Source: an uncultured bacterium (lineage in GTDB: Bacteria > Patescibacteriota > Minisyncoccia > Phycocordibacterales > UBA6065). Taken from it: 44,830 nt of DNA. The first letter of the stretch is position 1; the number at the start of each line of letters is the position of its first letter. This document shows, one piece after another, positions 29,031-37,330 of the stretch. The stretch covers positions 1 to 44,830 of the forward strand of contig CAIMLU010000004.1 in NCBI GenBank assembly GCA_903842365.1, given 5' to 3'. Both the position numbers and the translations under genes were made by a program. The notes beneath the pieces were generated by a model. The model had not been told where the DNA came from. It did no database searches and worked only from the letters and a program-made list of their open reading frames with translations.

Positions 29031-30140
29031 ATGAAAAATATGAAATTAGAATGTGTACGAGAAAGACTGAGTGCTCAGTTGTCTAAAATAGATAAAATTC
29101 CATCAAAGAATGCAAACCTACCGATTCTTTCTTGTATTCTTATTTCTGCTCGAAAAGGTGAACTTGTTTTAAGGGCAACAAACCTTGATGTTGGTGTTGA
29201 AGTTTCATTGCCAGCCCATGTTGATATTGAGGGTTCTGTTGCTGTTCCAGCCCAGATGTTTTCTAGTCTCATTTCTCAACTTAAAGGTGATAAGTCTGTT
29301 GTGTTGGAATCGGTTGAGGGAAACGTGAAGGTCTCTTGTGGGGGGGTTGTGTCTGTCGTGAAAGGTCTGTCTCCTGATGATTTTCCTGTGATCCCAGAGG
29401 TTGATTCTGTTGCGAGTACAACTATAAACCCAGAATCTTTTACTAAGGGTATTCTTTCTGTTTCTTTTGCTGCTTCTCAATCGCAGGTTAAACCGGAGCT
29501 GGCTTCTGTGTATGTTTATTCGTTGGATGAATCCCTTGTTTTTGTTTCAACGGATTCTTTTAGACTTGCGGAGAAGAAGGTAAAAATTAAAAACGCCGCT
29601 GATTTTAACCCTGTTATTATTCCGTCTAAAAACGTTGCTGATATTGCCCGCGTGCTTGCTGGTGTCGATGAGGATGTTGTTGTTTGTTTTGATAAATCAC
29701 AGATTCAATTCAAATCAAATTCTTTTATTTTTGTAAGCAGGGTTATTGAGGGAACGTTTCCAAATTATGCTCAGATTATTCCAAAAGAATACAGTACTGA
29801 GGCTATTGTATTAAAATCCGAATTTATTGAGGCTCTTAAAACATCGTCGCTTTTTTCTGATAAGTTTAATCAGATAAAAATGATAATAAGCCCATCGGAG
29901 AAAAAATTTGAAACCCAAGTTAAAAATGGTGATATTGGTGAAATCATATCACGTATACACACCTCGTTGTCAGGTGAGGATGTTGAACTTTCTTTTAACC
30001 AACGTTATATAACCGACTCAATGCAAGCTATTTCATCGGATAGCATTGTATTATCTTTTGTCGGTGCAACTAAGCCGTTGGTTATGAGGGGGGTTGGTGA
30101 TAAAACCTTCCTTTATTTGGTAATGCCTATGAATAAATAG
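29031..30140 (+). CDS. dnaN: DNA polymerase III beta clamp
   Basis: LPILSC, ATNLD, DDFPVIP, STDSFRLAE, SRVIEGTFPNY, YLVMPM. Confidence 0.97.
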   Translation: MKNMKLECVRERLSAQLSKIDKIPSKNANLPILSCILISARKGELVLRATNLDVGVEVSLPAHVDIEGSVAVPAQMFSSLISQLKGDKSVVLESVEGNVKVSCGGVVSVVKGLSPDDFPVIPEVDSVASTTINPESFTKGILSVSFAASQSQVKPELASVYVYSLDESLVFVSTDSFRLAEKKVKIKNAADFNPVIIPSKNVADIARVLAGVDEDVVVCFDKSQIQFKSNSFIFVSRVIEGTFPNYAQIIPKEYSTEAIVLKSEFIEALKTSSLFSDKFNQIKMIISPSEKKFETQVKNGDIGEIISRIHTSLSGEDVELSFNQRYITDSMQAISSDSIVLSFVGATKPLVMRGVGDKTFLYLVMPMNK

Positions 30141-30144
30141 GTGT

Positions 30145-30399
30145 ATGAATGGTATTGGTGATTATTTAAAGAGATACGTAGGGATTCATAGTGCTCTTGA
30201 ACAAAAAAAAAATATTTTTAGCGGTGTTGTTTTTGATGTGTTGCATGTTGATATTTCAAAAAAAACAATTCAATTTAAAGACACGACCGTTTCTATTTCT
30301 GGTTTAAATTCAAGCGAGCGAACTCTTCTGTTCTTAAAGAAGAAAAACCTCATTGAAGGGTGTTTGAAAAAAGGATTGGTTATTATTGAAATACGATAA
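30145..30399 (+). CDS. small DciA/DUF721-like protein (tentative)
   Basis: 84 aa directly after dnaN; helix-strand-strand-helix-strand pattern similar to the DciA KH-like domain. Confidence 0.5.
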   Translation: MNGIGDYLKRYVGIHSALEQKKNIFSGVVFDVLHVDISKKTIQFKDTTVSISGLNSSERTLLFLKKKNLIEGCLKKGLVIIEIR

Positions 30400-30443
30400 A
30401 AAAATCTCCCCTAAGGGAGATTTTTTTATCGTATTTCAATAAT
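30382..30443. terminator. bidirectional terminator; perfect 29-bp inverted repeat
   Basis: ATTATTGAAATACGATAAAAAAATCTCCC-CTAA-GGGAGATTTTTTTATCGTATTTCAATAAT. Confidence 0.85.
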
Positions 30444-32949
30444 TGAATGATATGGTTTTTTCTGTTTTGTTAAATATTGAATCCGTTACCTCAAAAGTGA
30501 GTTTGTTTACCCCTGCTTTTGCGTTCAACATTTTTTTTCCATCGAGTGTTATTTTTTGATTTTGACCAATTGCTGAGCCTATATACATATCGTTGAGGTA
30601 TATGTTTGTTTTTGTGATAGGGAACCTTCGTTCATTTGCGATATGTATTTCATATACCGAGTCCCCATTTAAAGTGTCGTTTTCATTAATACCTGTTATT
30701 TGAATTACAGGCATATTTTCTGGTACATGAACATTGTCATATCCTGTTGGCTGTGCAATATTTGCTTGGCTTATATTGTTGTTCTGTACCCATTTTTGGA
30801 CACCCGCTTCCCAATGTTCAAACTGAGAATCTTTTGTTGGGTCTTCGGGTTTTTCACCTCGTGGGTTATTTTTATTAACCCAATAAAGAATGCTATGGAT
30901 ATTTGGTAGTACTCGATCCTCCTTTGTTTCTTCTGGTGTTAGGTTTGTTGCAAGCTTTCCTGATATAGAATCAATGGTGTATACATCACCACCTTCCCAA
31001 ACACCACGGAGGACTGGTTTAAGGCGTGGTGGAATATCCTCTGGTTTCTTGAAGTATTCTTTTGGGACGGTATCGAGTGCTATTTTCATAATATCACTCC
31101 AGATCGGAGCAACTATTTGACCGGCAACCTTTTTCTCCATAGGACTATTGTTGTTGTTTCCAGCCCACACACCTACGGCGATATTGGGACTAAATCCAAT
31201 CGTCCAAGCATCGCGATAATCATTCGTGGTACCTGTCTTAACAGCAATATCACGGTTGTTGAAATAGAGTACTGATCGTGGTCCGTATGCGGGTGTTCGC
31301 GCTGTGTTGTCACTCAATACATCTGCTATTGTACGTGCTGTGTTCGGTGATAGAACAGATCCCTCGTTTGTTCTTCGTACATATAATTCTTCGCCCGCTT
31401 GGTTTTTAACCGAGAGAATTGCATTGTGTGTTTTATAATATCCATCCGACGCAAATACGGCGTATGCATTTGTCATATTAAGGAGTGAAACTTCACCACC
31501 ACCAAGCACAAGGGTTAATCCATATCTATCTGGATCATCAAGGGAAGATAGTCCCATTGCTTGGGCAGTTTTTATTGCATTAGGAAGACCTGCAAGATAG
31601 AGCGTTTTAATCGCTGGTATGTTGATTGATTGCGCAAGTGCGTTACGCATGGTGATGGGTCCTCTAAAAATCCCATCATAATTTTCTGGGTGGTAGCATG
31701 TTTTTGGATCGATATCTCTGTAGTTCTTCGGTGTACCATCAATGGTACATTCAGTGCTAAATTCTGTTGGAACATCAAAAAGAACAGTATCTGGTGTAAA
31801 CCCTTTTTCAAATGCGGTTGCATACACAATGGGTTTCATGGTTGAACCTGGTTGCCTATTTGCAGTTGTTATATTGAAGTTTCCATCAATTTCTTTGTCA
31901 AAGTAATTCCTTGACCCAACCATGGTTTGAATATTTCCTGTTTTAGGATCAAGTATGACGATACCCAAATTCTCAGCGTTAAAATTTTTCTCATTACTTA
32001 ATGCACGTTCTTTCGCAAGCTTCTCAACCTTGTCTTGTAGCTCGTAATTTAGGGTTGTTTTTATGGTCAATCCACCACTATTGATTATATCTACGCCAAA
32101 TTCTTTTTCTAATTCATCTTTTACAAACATTACAAAATGAGGTGCTTTTATTCCAAAACTACGTTGTGTTTTAAATTCAACTTTTTCAGCACGTGCAGCA
32201 GCATGGGTTTTATTATCAATAAAACCAATCTCAAGCATTTTGTTCAATACGAGATTTTTACGGGCATCGAGTTTATCTTTATTGTTTCCATAAGGAGAGT
32301 AGGTTGTTGGTGCTTGTGGGATTGCTGCAAGATATGCCGCTTCTGCAACAGAAACATCTTTTGCCGTTTTACCAAAAAATTCTTGAGAGGCTTCTTCTAC
32401 GCCATAAACATTGCCACCATATGGTGATTCATTTAGATACACCCCTAAAATCTCATCTTTTGAAATTGTTTGTGTGAGTTTGATTGCAAGCACCCACTCT
32501 TTAATTTTTCGTGTGATTGATTTGTCCTGAGTAAGGAGTGAATTTTTTATTACTTGCTGTGTAATGGTTGACCCACCTTGAGAATACCCACCACTGGTAA
32601 TATTTGCGAGAATTGCACGTAGAAAGGAAATTGGACGAATTCCCATATTTTCATAAAAAGTATCATCCTCAATTGCTACAGCAGCCTTTTTTATGTTATC
32701 TGATATATCGTCTGTGGGAACAACTGTTCTTCGTGATCCTTTAAAAATGTCATAGAGGAGTATCGTACCTGTATTATCGTAAATTTTTGTTGATTGTGAT
32801 ACTTTGCGTTGCTCAAATGAGTTAAGATCGGGTATTCGAAATGTAGAGAGCCAGATTAGGACACATGCGCATGTAATAAATACAAAAGAGGCGAGTGTTA
32901 AAGCGATGTGATGTCTACGAGTATTTTTGTGGTGTGCATGTTTCTTCAT
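30436..32949 (-). CDS. class A penicillin-binding protein (PBP1A family)
   Basis: EDDTFY, QGGSTITQQ, RKIKE transglycosylase motifs; STMK, SIN, KTGT transpeptidase motifs. Confidence 0.95.
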   Translation of the reverse strand: MKKHAHHKNTRRHHIALTLASFVFITCACVLIWLSTFRIPDLNSFEQRKVSQSTKIYDNTGTILLYDIFKGSRRTVVPTDDISDNIKKAAVAIEDDTFYENMGIRPISFLRAILANITSGGYSQGGSTITQQVIKNSLLTQDKSITRKIKEWVLAIKLTQTISKDEILGVYLNESPYGGNVYGVEEASQEFFGKTAKDVSVAEAAYLAAIPQAPTTYSPYGNNKDKLDARKNLVLNKMLEIGFIDNKTHAAARAEKVEFKTQRSFGIKAPHFVMFVKDELEKEFGVDIINSGGLTIKTTLNYELQDKVEKLAKERALSNEKNFNAENLGIVILDPKTGNIQTMVGSRNYFDKEIDGNFNITTANRQPGSTMKPIVYATAFEKGFTPDTVLFDVPTEFSTECTIDGTPKNYRDIDPKTCYHPENYDGIFRGPITMRNALAQSINIPAIKTLYLAGLPNAIKTAQAMGLSSLDDPDRYGLTLVLGGGEVSLLNMTNAYAVFASDGYYKTHNAILSVKNQAGEELYVRRTNEGSVLSPNTARTIADVLSDNTARTPAYGPRSVLYFNNRDIAVKTGTTNDYRDAWTIGFSPNIAVGVWAGNNNNSPMEKKVAGQIVAPIWSDIMKIALDTVPKEYFKKPEDIPPRLKPVLRGVWEGGDVYTIDSISGKLATNLTPEETKEDRVLPNIHSILYWVNKNNPRGEKPEDPTKDSQFEHWEAGVQKWVQNNNISQANIAQPTGYDNVHVPENMPVIQITGINENDTLNGDSVYEIHIANERRFPITKTNIYLNDMYIGSAIGQNQKITLDGKKMLNAKAGVNKLTFEVTDSIFNKTEKTISFNY

Positions 32950-33019
32950 AGGTGTAATAATACGCTAAACACGCAAGGTAACAAGACAAAGGGCTCCGTT
33001 TCTGATAAATTTTTAACCT

Positions 33020-34252
33020 ATGATAGGAATGTTTAAAAAACACACGGTTGTGATTGATGAGTTTCGTATAAACGAATTGCTGGAACGCTCTGTTGAAAAT
33101 ATCTTTCCAAACAAAGAAGTTTTAAAAAAAGCACTCATGTCTGGAAAGAAGCTTTCTTTTTATTTTGGTATTGATCCAACGGGCCCAACTATACATATGG
33201 GTCACCTTATCCCTATATTGGTAGCACAGAAGCTTCAAAACTTGGGGCACCACATTATTCTCCTTATGGGTGATTTTACAGCAATGATTGGTGATCCAAC
33301 AGACAAATCAACAACCCGAAAACAACTCACCAGAAAAGAGGTTTTAATAAACCTGTCTGCGTACAAAAAACAACTTGCTCGATTTATTCGCCTTACCGGT
33401 CACAATAAGGCTCAAATTGTTTTTAACAGCACATGGTTGGGTCAAATGAGATTTGATGATGTTGTTCGTTTAACATCACTTATGACGGTTGATCAAATGC
33501 TCAAACGAGATATGTTTGATAAACGTGTGCAAGAAGGAAAACCAATTTTTATCCATGAGTTTTTATACCCCTTAATGCAGGGGTATGACAGTGTTGCGCT
33601 TGATGTTGATGGTGAAATTGGTGGGAATGATCAAACGTTCAACATGCTTACCGGTCGTGACCTTATGAAAACCATTAAAAAGAAGGAGAAGTTTGTGATT
33701 GCAACAAAACTCCTCGTAGACCCTTCTGGTAAGAAGATGGGTAAAAGTGAGGGTAATATGATTATGCTCTCTGATTCACCAAGTGATATGTTTGGAAAAG
33801 TGATGAGTTGGTCGGATGCGATGATTATTCCAGGATTTACGTACTGCACCTCAGTGCCTATGAAAAATATTCACGCTGCACAAGAACGCCTTAATCAAGG
33901 CAATAACCCTCGTGATGAGAAAGCGTCTCTTGCTGAAGCTTTTGTCGAGATGAATTACGGTAAGGAGGCGGCACAAAAAGCACAAACCTCATTTTTTAAT
34001 TCATTCTCAAAAAAAGAAATGAGTGAAGATGCATTGGTTGTTGTGTGTGAGGAAGGTGATGATCTTGCGACAAAACTTATCGAAGCGAACATTATTCCAT
34101 CAAAATCAGAATTACGCCGTCTTATTTTAGCTGGTTCTATTTTTAATGTCTCACAAAATGAAAAAGTATCACTTGAGTCATTTAAGATATTTAAGTCTGG
34201 TAATCTTAAAATAGGGAAGCATCGATTTGTAAGGATTGAGTGTGCTGAGTAA
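33020..34252 (+). CDS. tyrS: tyrosine--tRNA ligase
   Basis: GIDPTG..IHMGH, IGDPT, YPLMQGYD, GGNDQ, KMGKS, C-terminal S4-like domain. Confidence 0.96.
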   Translation: MIGMFKKHTVVIDEFRINELLERSVENIFPNKEVLKKALMSGKKLSFYFGIDPTGPTIHMGHLIPILVAQKLQNLGHHIILLMGDFTAMIGDPTDKSTTRKQLTRKEVLINLSAYKKQLARFIRLTGHNKAQIVFNSTWLGQMRFDDVVRLTSLMTVDQMLKRDMFDKRVQEGKPIFIHEFLYPLMQGYDSVALDVDGEIGGNDQTFNMLTGRDLMKTIKKKEKFVIATKLLVDPSGKKMGKSEGNMIMLSDSPSDMFGKVMSWSDAMIIPGFTYCTSVPMKNIHAAQERLNQGNNPRDEKASLAEAFVEMNYGKEAAQKAQTSFFNSFSKKEMSEDALVVVCEEGDDLATKLIEANIIPSKSELRRLILAGSIFNVSQNEKVSLESFKIFKSGNLKIGKHRFVRIECAE

Positions 34253-34285
34253 CAAAAAAGCCCTTATGAGGGCTTTTTTGTTACT
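34248..34285. terminator. bidirectional terminator
   Basis: AGTAACAAAAAAGCCCT-TATG-AGGGCTTTTTTGTTACT. Confidence 0.85.
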
Positions 34286-34589
34286 ACCAATTATTTTCCT
34301 TGAATTCTTCTGGTAAAAAATCATCTGTATCGGTTTCAAGTCCATTGTTTGCCGTGCTATTTTCATCAGATCCATAGTACGCATCTTGCTCGTCCTCACC
34401 CTCATCGCTTGTTATTTTTTTTGGATCAAAATCCTCCTCTGCTTCCTCAAGTGGAACCACCCCTTCTTTAAACTCTTTTGGTTCAGGTGGTTCAGTTTCA
34501 GTTATCTTTTCTTCACCTTCTGTAACCTCAACGTCTTTTTCGACAAATTTATTTTCCGTTGCAGTTTTTTTTGTTGTTTTTGTTGCCAT
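34284..34589 (-). CDS. small highly acidic, probably disordered protein
   Basis: basic N-terminus (MATKTTKK) then E/D-rich, ending DDFLPEEFKENNW; alternative start 34607. Confidence 0.7.
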   Translation of the reverse strand: MATKTTKKTATENKFVEKDVEVTEGEEKITETEPPEPKEFKEGVVPLEEAEEDFDPKKITSDEGEDEQDAYYGSDENSTANNGLETDTDDFLPEEFKENNW

Positions 34590-34664
34590 AATTCGTTGCG
34601 TGATCATTATCTATGGGTTTAAATGTATTTTTACCAAATGGTTTTTCCCTTGGGAAGTGGTTTG

Positions 34665-34673
34665 TGTGGATAA
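34665..34673. promoter_or_regulatory. perfect DnaA box (TGTGGATAA)
   Basis: exact consensus match in the intergenic gap between ruvC and the acidic-protein gene. Confidence 0.45.
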
Positions 34674-34678
34674 GTGGT

Positions 34679-35161
34679 TTATAAAAACAAAAAACGTTCT
34701 GTGGCAAATAGTGTGAGCCCTATTGCGATTGCGTCATACTCATCATCGAGCGCGTCTTTCTCAAACCTTGTAAGTTTTTTTACCATAAAAACAACTTGTT
34801 TTTTATCGCTTTTTCCATATCCTGTTACAGCGATTTTTATATGTGCTGGGCTGTATTCAAACACCTGTAGTCCTGATTGAACACACGTTGCTAATAGTGC
34901 ACCCCGTGCCTCAGCTACAAGGAGCGCTGTTTTTTTGTTTGCGGAAAAGAAGAGTGTTTCAATTGCGAGTGCCGTTGGTTTGTATTCCTCAATAATTCTT
35001 ACCACCTCTTGTGCAATAAGGTTAAGCCTCTTTGGGTGTGATTCTTTGATTGATGTATGAAAACAGTCCGAATACACGATGGTTTCTTTTGTTGATTGTG
35101 TTTTTTCTAAAATAGCGATGCCTAAACGTTCGTATCCAGGGTCAATTGCGAGTATCCTCAT
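34679..35161 (-). CDS. ruvC: Holliday junction resolvase RuvC
   Basis: MRILAIDPG, AIETLFF, EARG, VTGYGKSDK, DDEYDAIAI; TATAGT 6 nt before ATG. Confidence 0.96.
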   Translation of the reverse strand: MRILAIDPGYERLGIAILEKTQSTKETIVYSDCFHTSIKESHPKRLNLIAQEVVRIIEEYKPTALAIETLFFSANKKTALLVAEARGALLATCVQSGLQVFEYSPAHIKIAVTGYGKSDKKQVVFMVKKLTRFEKDALDDEYDAIAIGLTLFATERFLFL

Positions 35162-35202
35162 ATGGTGACTATACACTGGGTGCTATTACAAATACAAGCA
35201 AT

Positions 35203-35230
35203 ATAAAACCGCTTACATAAGCGGTTTTAT
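35203..35230 (-). terminator. terminator after yebC
   Basis: ATAAAACCGCTT-ACAT-AAGCGGTTTTAT. Confidence 0.7.
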
Positions 35231-35233
35231 TGA

Positions 35234-35761
35234 TTAGTCAACATTAGTGAACACTTCTTGCACCTCATCGTTATCTTCAAGTGCATCAACAAGTTTTTCA
35301 AGAAGGATTAGATCTTCATCAGAGAGGGGAACGGTTGTTGATGCTGTCCATGAGGAACCTTCTCGTTTGAATGCCCACGACGCACTCCCTATTGCGGCGA
35401 GAGCAAACCCGTTCTCGGTAAGTATATGTTTTATTTCTTGAGCCGCTTTGTTTTTATTCGACGTAAGCGCTTCAATAATAATTGCTGATCCACCCGGACC
35501 GTATGTTTCATAGGTTATAGATTCAAGTCCAACTGATCCTTCTGTTGCTTTTTTTATCGCACGATCAATTGCATCGTTTGGCATGTTAACCTCTCTTGCC
35601 CTTTCGATTGCCGTTCGGAGTCCTGGGGCGTCTTTATTTCCTTTTGCTTTACGCGCTTCATCGGTTATAAGTCTTGAAAATTTTGAGAAGTGTTTCGATT
35701 TTTGAGCGTCAGTCTTGGCTTTCTTATGCTTTATCTGTGACCATTTATTATGTCCTGACAT
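35234..35761 (-). CDS. yebC: YebC/PmpR family protein (short form)
   Basis: MSGHNKWSQIKHKK, YETYGPGG, LEDNDEVQEVFTN. Confidence 0.95.
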   Translation of the reverse strand: MSGHNKWSQIKHKKAKTDAQKSKHFSKFSRLITDEARKAKGNKDAPGLRTAIERAREVNMPNDAIDRAIKKATEGSVGLESITYETYGPGGSAIIIEALTSNKNKAAQEIKHILTENGFALAAIGSASWAFKREGSSWTASTTVPLSDEDLILLEKLVDALEDNDEVQEVFTNVD

Positions 35762-35798
35762 TTTTTTAAATGTTACTTTTCTGTGTAATAGAAGTTAC

Positions 35799-36827
35799 CT
35801 ATATGGTATCGCGCATGTGATCGTATCCTTTTGCTGTTACGGTACGTCCGCGAGGTGTTCTTTCTATAAGGCCCAGCTTGAGAAGGTATGGCTCATATAC
35901 TTCCTCAACTGTTTCTTGTTCTTCGGAAAGTGAGGCGGCAACTGTATTGAGTCCAACAGGACCACCTCCAAAAGTATTAATGATGGCATGGAGTAGTTCG
36001 CGATCGGACTTATTGAGTCCCAAAGAGTCAATACCGAGCATTGTGAGGGTTTCTTCGACGATACTACGTGATATGGTTGTTTTTCGTATTTGTGCCAAAT
36101 CACGAACGCGTTTAAGAAGAAAGTTCGCGGTTCGCGGTGTAAACCTACTTCGTTCGGCAATTACAAGTGCTGATGGTGTATCCATTTCTACACCCAAGAG
36201 CTTTGCAGATCGTTTAATAATCTCCTCTATTTCGTTTTTTGAATAAAATTCAAGTTTGTGTACGCCTCCAGAAAATCGTGATCGAAGTGGGGAAGAGAGG
36301 AGTGCGACTTTTGTTGTAGCACCAACAAGTGTAAAAGGTGGAAGGTCGAGCTGGATGGTTCGCGCCGAGGGGCCTTTGCCGATAATGATATCAAGTACCC
36401 CTGATTCCATTGCTGGATAAAGGACTTCCTCGATTGATTTATTAAGTCTATGTATTTCATCTATAAAAAGAACGTCTCCTGAGGATAGATTAGTGAGTAT
36501 TGATGCTAAATCACCAACTTTTTCAATTGCAGGGCCTGAGGTTTGTTTCATTTGAGCACCAAGTTCTTTTGCAACAAGGTGTGCGAGTGTTGTTTTTCCA
36601 AGACCTGGTGGACCGTAAAAAAGGATGTGTTCAGGTGGGTGATTACGTTCTTTTGCAGCAGATAAAAGGATTTTAAGATTCTCTTTTATTGATACCTGTC
36701 CAACGTATTCATCCCACGAGGAAGGTCGTAGTGTTTGGTCAAGAAAAAGAGAGTCGCCTTTAGAAAAGGCTTGATTTTCCTTGCTATTATTGGCATCTAG
36801 AGGTTGAGGGCGAGAAGGGCTTGACAT
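35799..36827 (-). CDS. ruvB: Holliday junction branch-migration helicase RuvB
   Basis: LRP..WDEYVGQ, GPPGLGKTTLA, FIDEIHRL, LYPAME, GGPVG, ERTPRGR. Confidence 0.97.
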   Translation of the reverse strand: MSSPSRPQPLDANNSKENQAFSKGDSLFLDQTLRPSSWDEYVGQVSIKENLKILLSAAKERNHPPEHILFYGPPGLGKTTLAHLVAKELGAQMKQTSGPAIEKVGDLASILTNLSSGDVLFIDEIHRLNKSIEEVLYPAMESGVLDIIIGKGPSARTIQLDLPPFTLVGATTKVALLSSPLRSRFSGGVHKLEFYSKNEIEEIIKRSAKLLGVEMDTPSALVIAERSRFTPRTANFLLKRVRDLAQIRKTTISRSIVEETLTMLGIDSLGLNKSDRELLHAIINTFGGGPVGLNTVAASLSEEQETVEEVYEPYLLKLGLIERTPRGRTVTAKGYDHMRDTI

Positions 36828-36849
36828 ATAAAATACTTTATGCTAGACT
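36821..36849 (+). promoter_or_regulatory. near-consensus sigma70 promoter for the intergenic RNA
   Basis: TTGACA-17 bp-TAGACT with extended TG. Confidence 0.75.
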
Positions 36850-36855
36850 ACAAGT

Positions 36856-37092
36856 ACAAGCTCGATTGGTAAGAGCTTGTCTCGTTTCAGAGCTATGAAT
36901 CTCTAAGGAATTAAGTCTTCACGGCTTACTAGTGTTTCCTTTGAGGACGTTCTGGTTAATACTTCGGTATTTTACTGGGCCTATCCTTGAAACAACATTT
37001 AACTTACGCGGGCGTCGCTTAAGTATTCCTTGGAGATTTATGGCCCGGAATCTCTTTCAAACCTCGCCCTCATGTGTGCGGGGTTTGTTGTT
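36856..37092 (+). ncRNA. structured ncRNA, 6S-RNA-like rod (core about 36885-37051)
   Basis: 20-bp G.U-containing closing helix 36892-36911/37025-37044, apical cUUCGg loop at 36963, own promoter, downstream GC hairpin with U-rich tail. Confidence 0.55.
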
Positions 37093-37330
37093 TGAACTGT
37101 ACTCTCTGTTTCAAAAGAGTGCAATGTGTACAACGTAAAAGGACACAAAAGTCTGTTAAAATCAAAAAACACCAGGAATTTCCTCATGTTTTTTGATTTG
37201 TCTTTTAATCTGACGGGTGACCTAATTCTTCTGAGTGAAGCTGTTGGTGATTGAAAGCGTTCCTGTTGTGCGAGGTTTCTTTGGGCGAATCTTATATATG
37301 TTGTCTGGGTGATGTTAAACCAAGTTTGGT

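Noticed and set aside
36856-37330. RNase P RNA, tmRNA or SRP RNA; short ORFs 36932-37138 and 37251-37520
   Set aside because: No GAGGAAAGUCC, no tRNA-like tmRNA ends and no SRP helix-8 motif were recognised; the ORFs lack protein-like features and overlap RNA structure or pilB.
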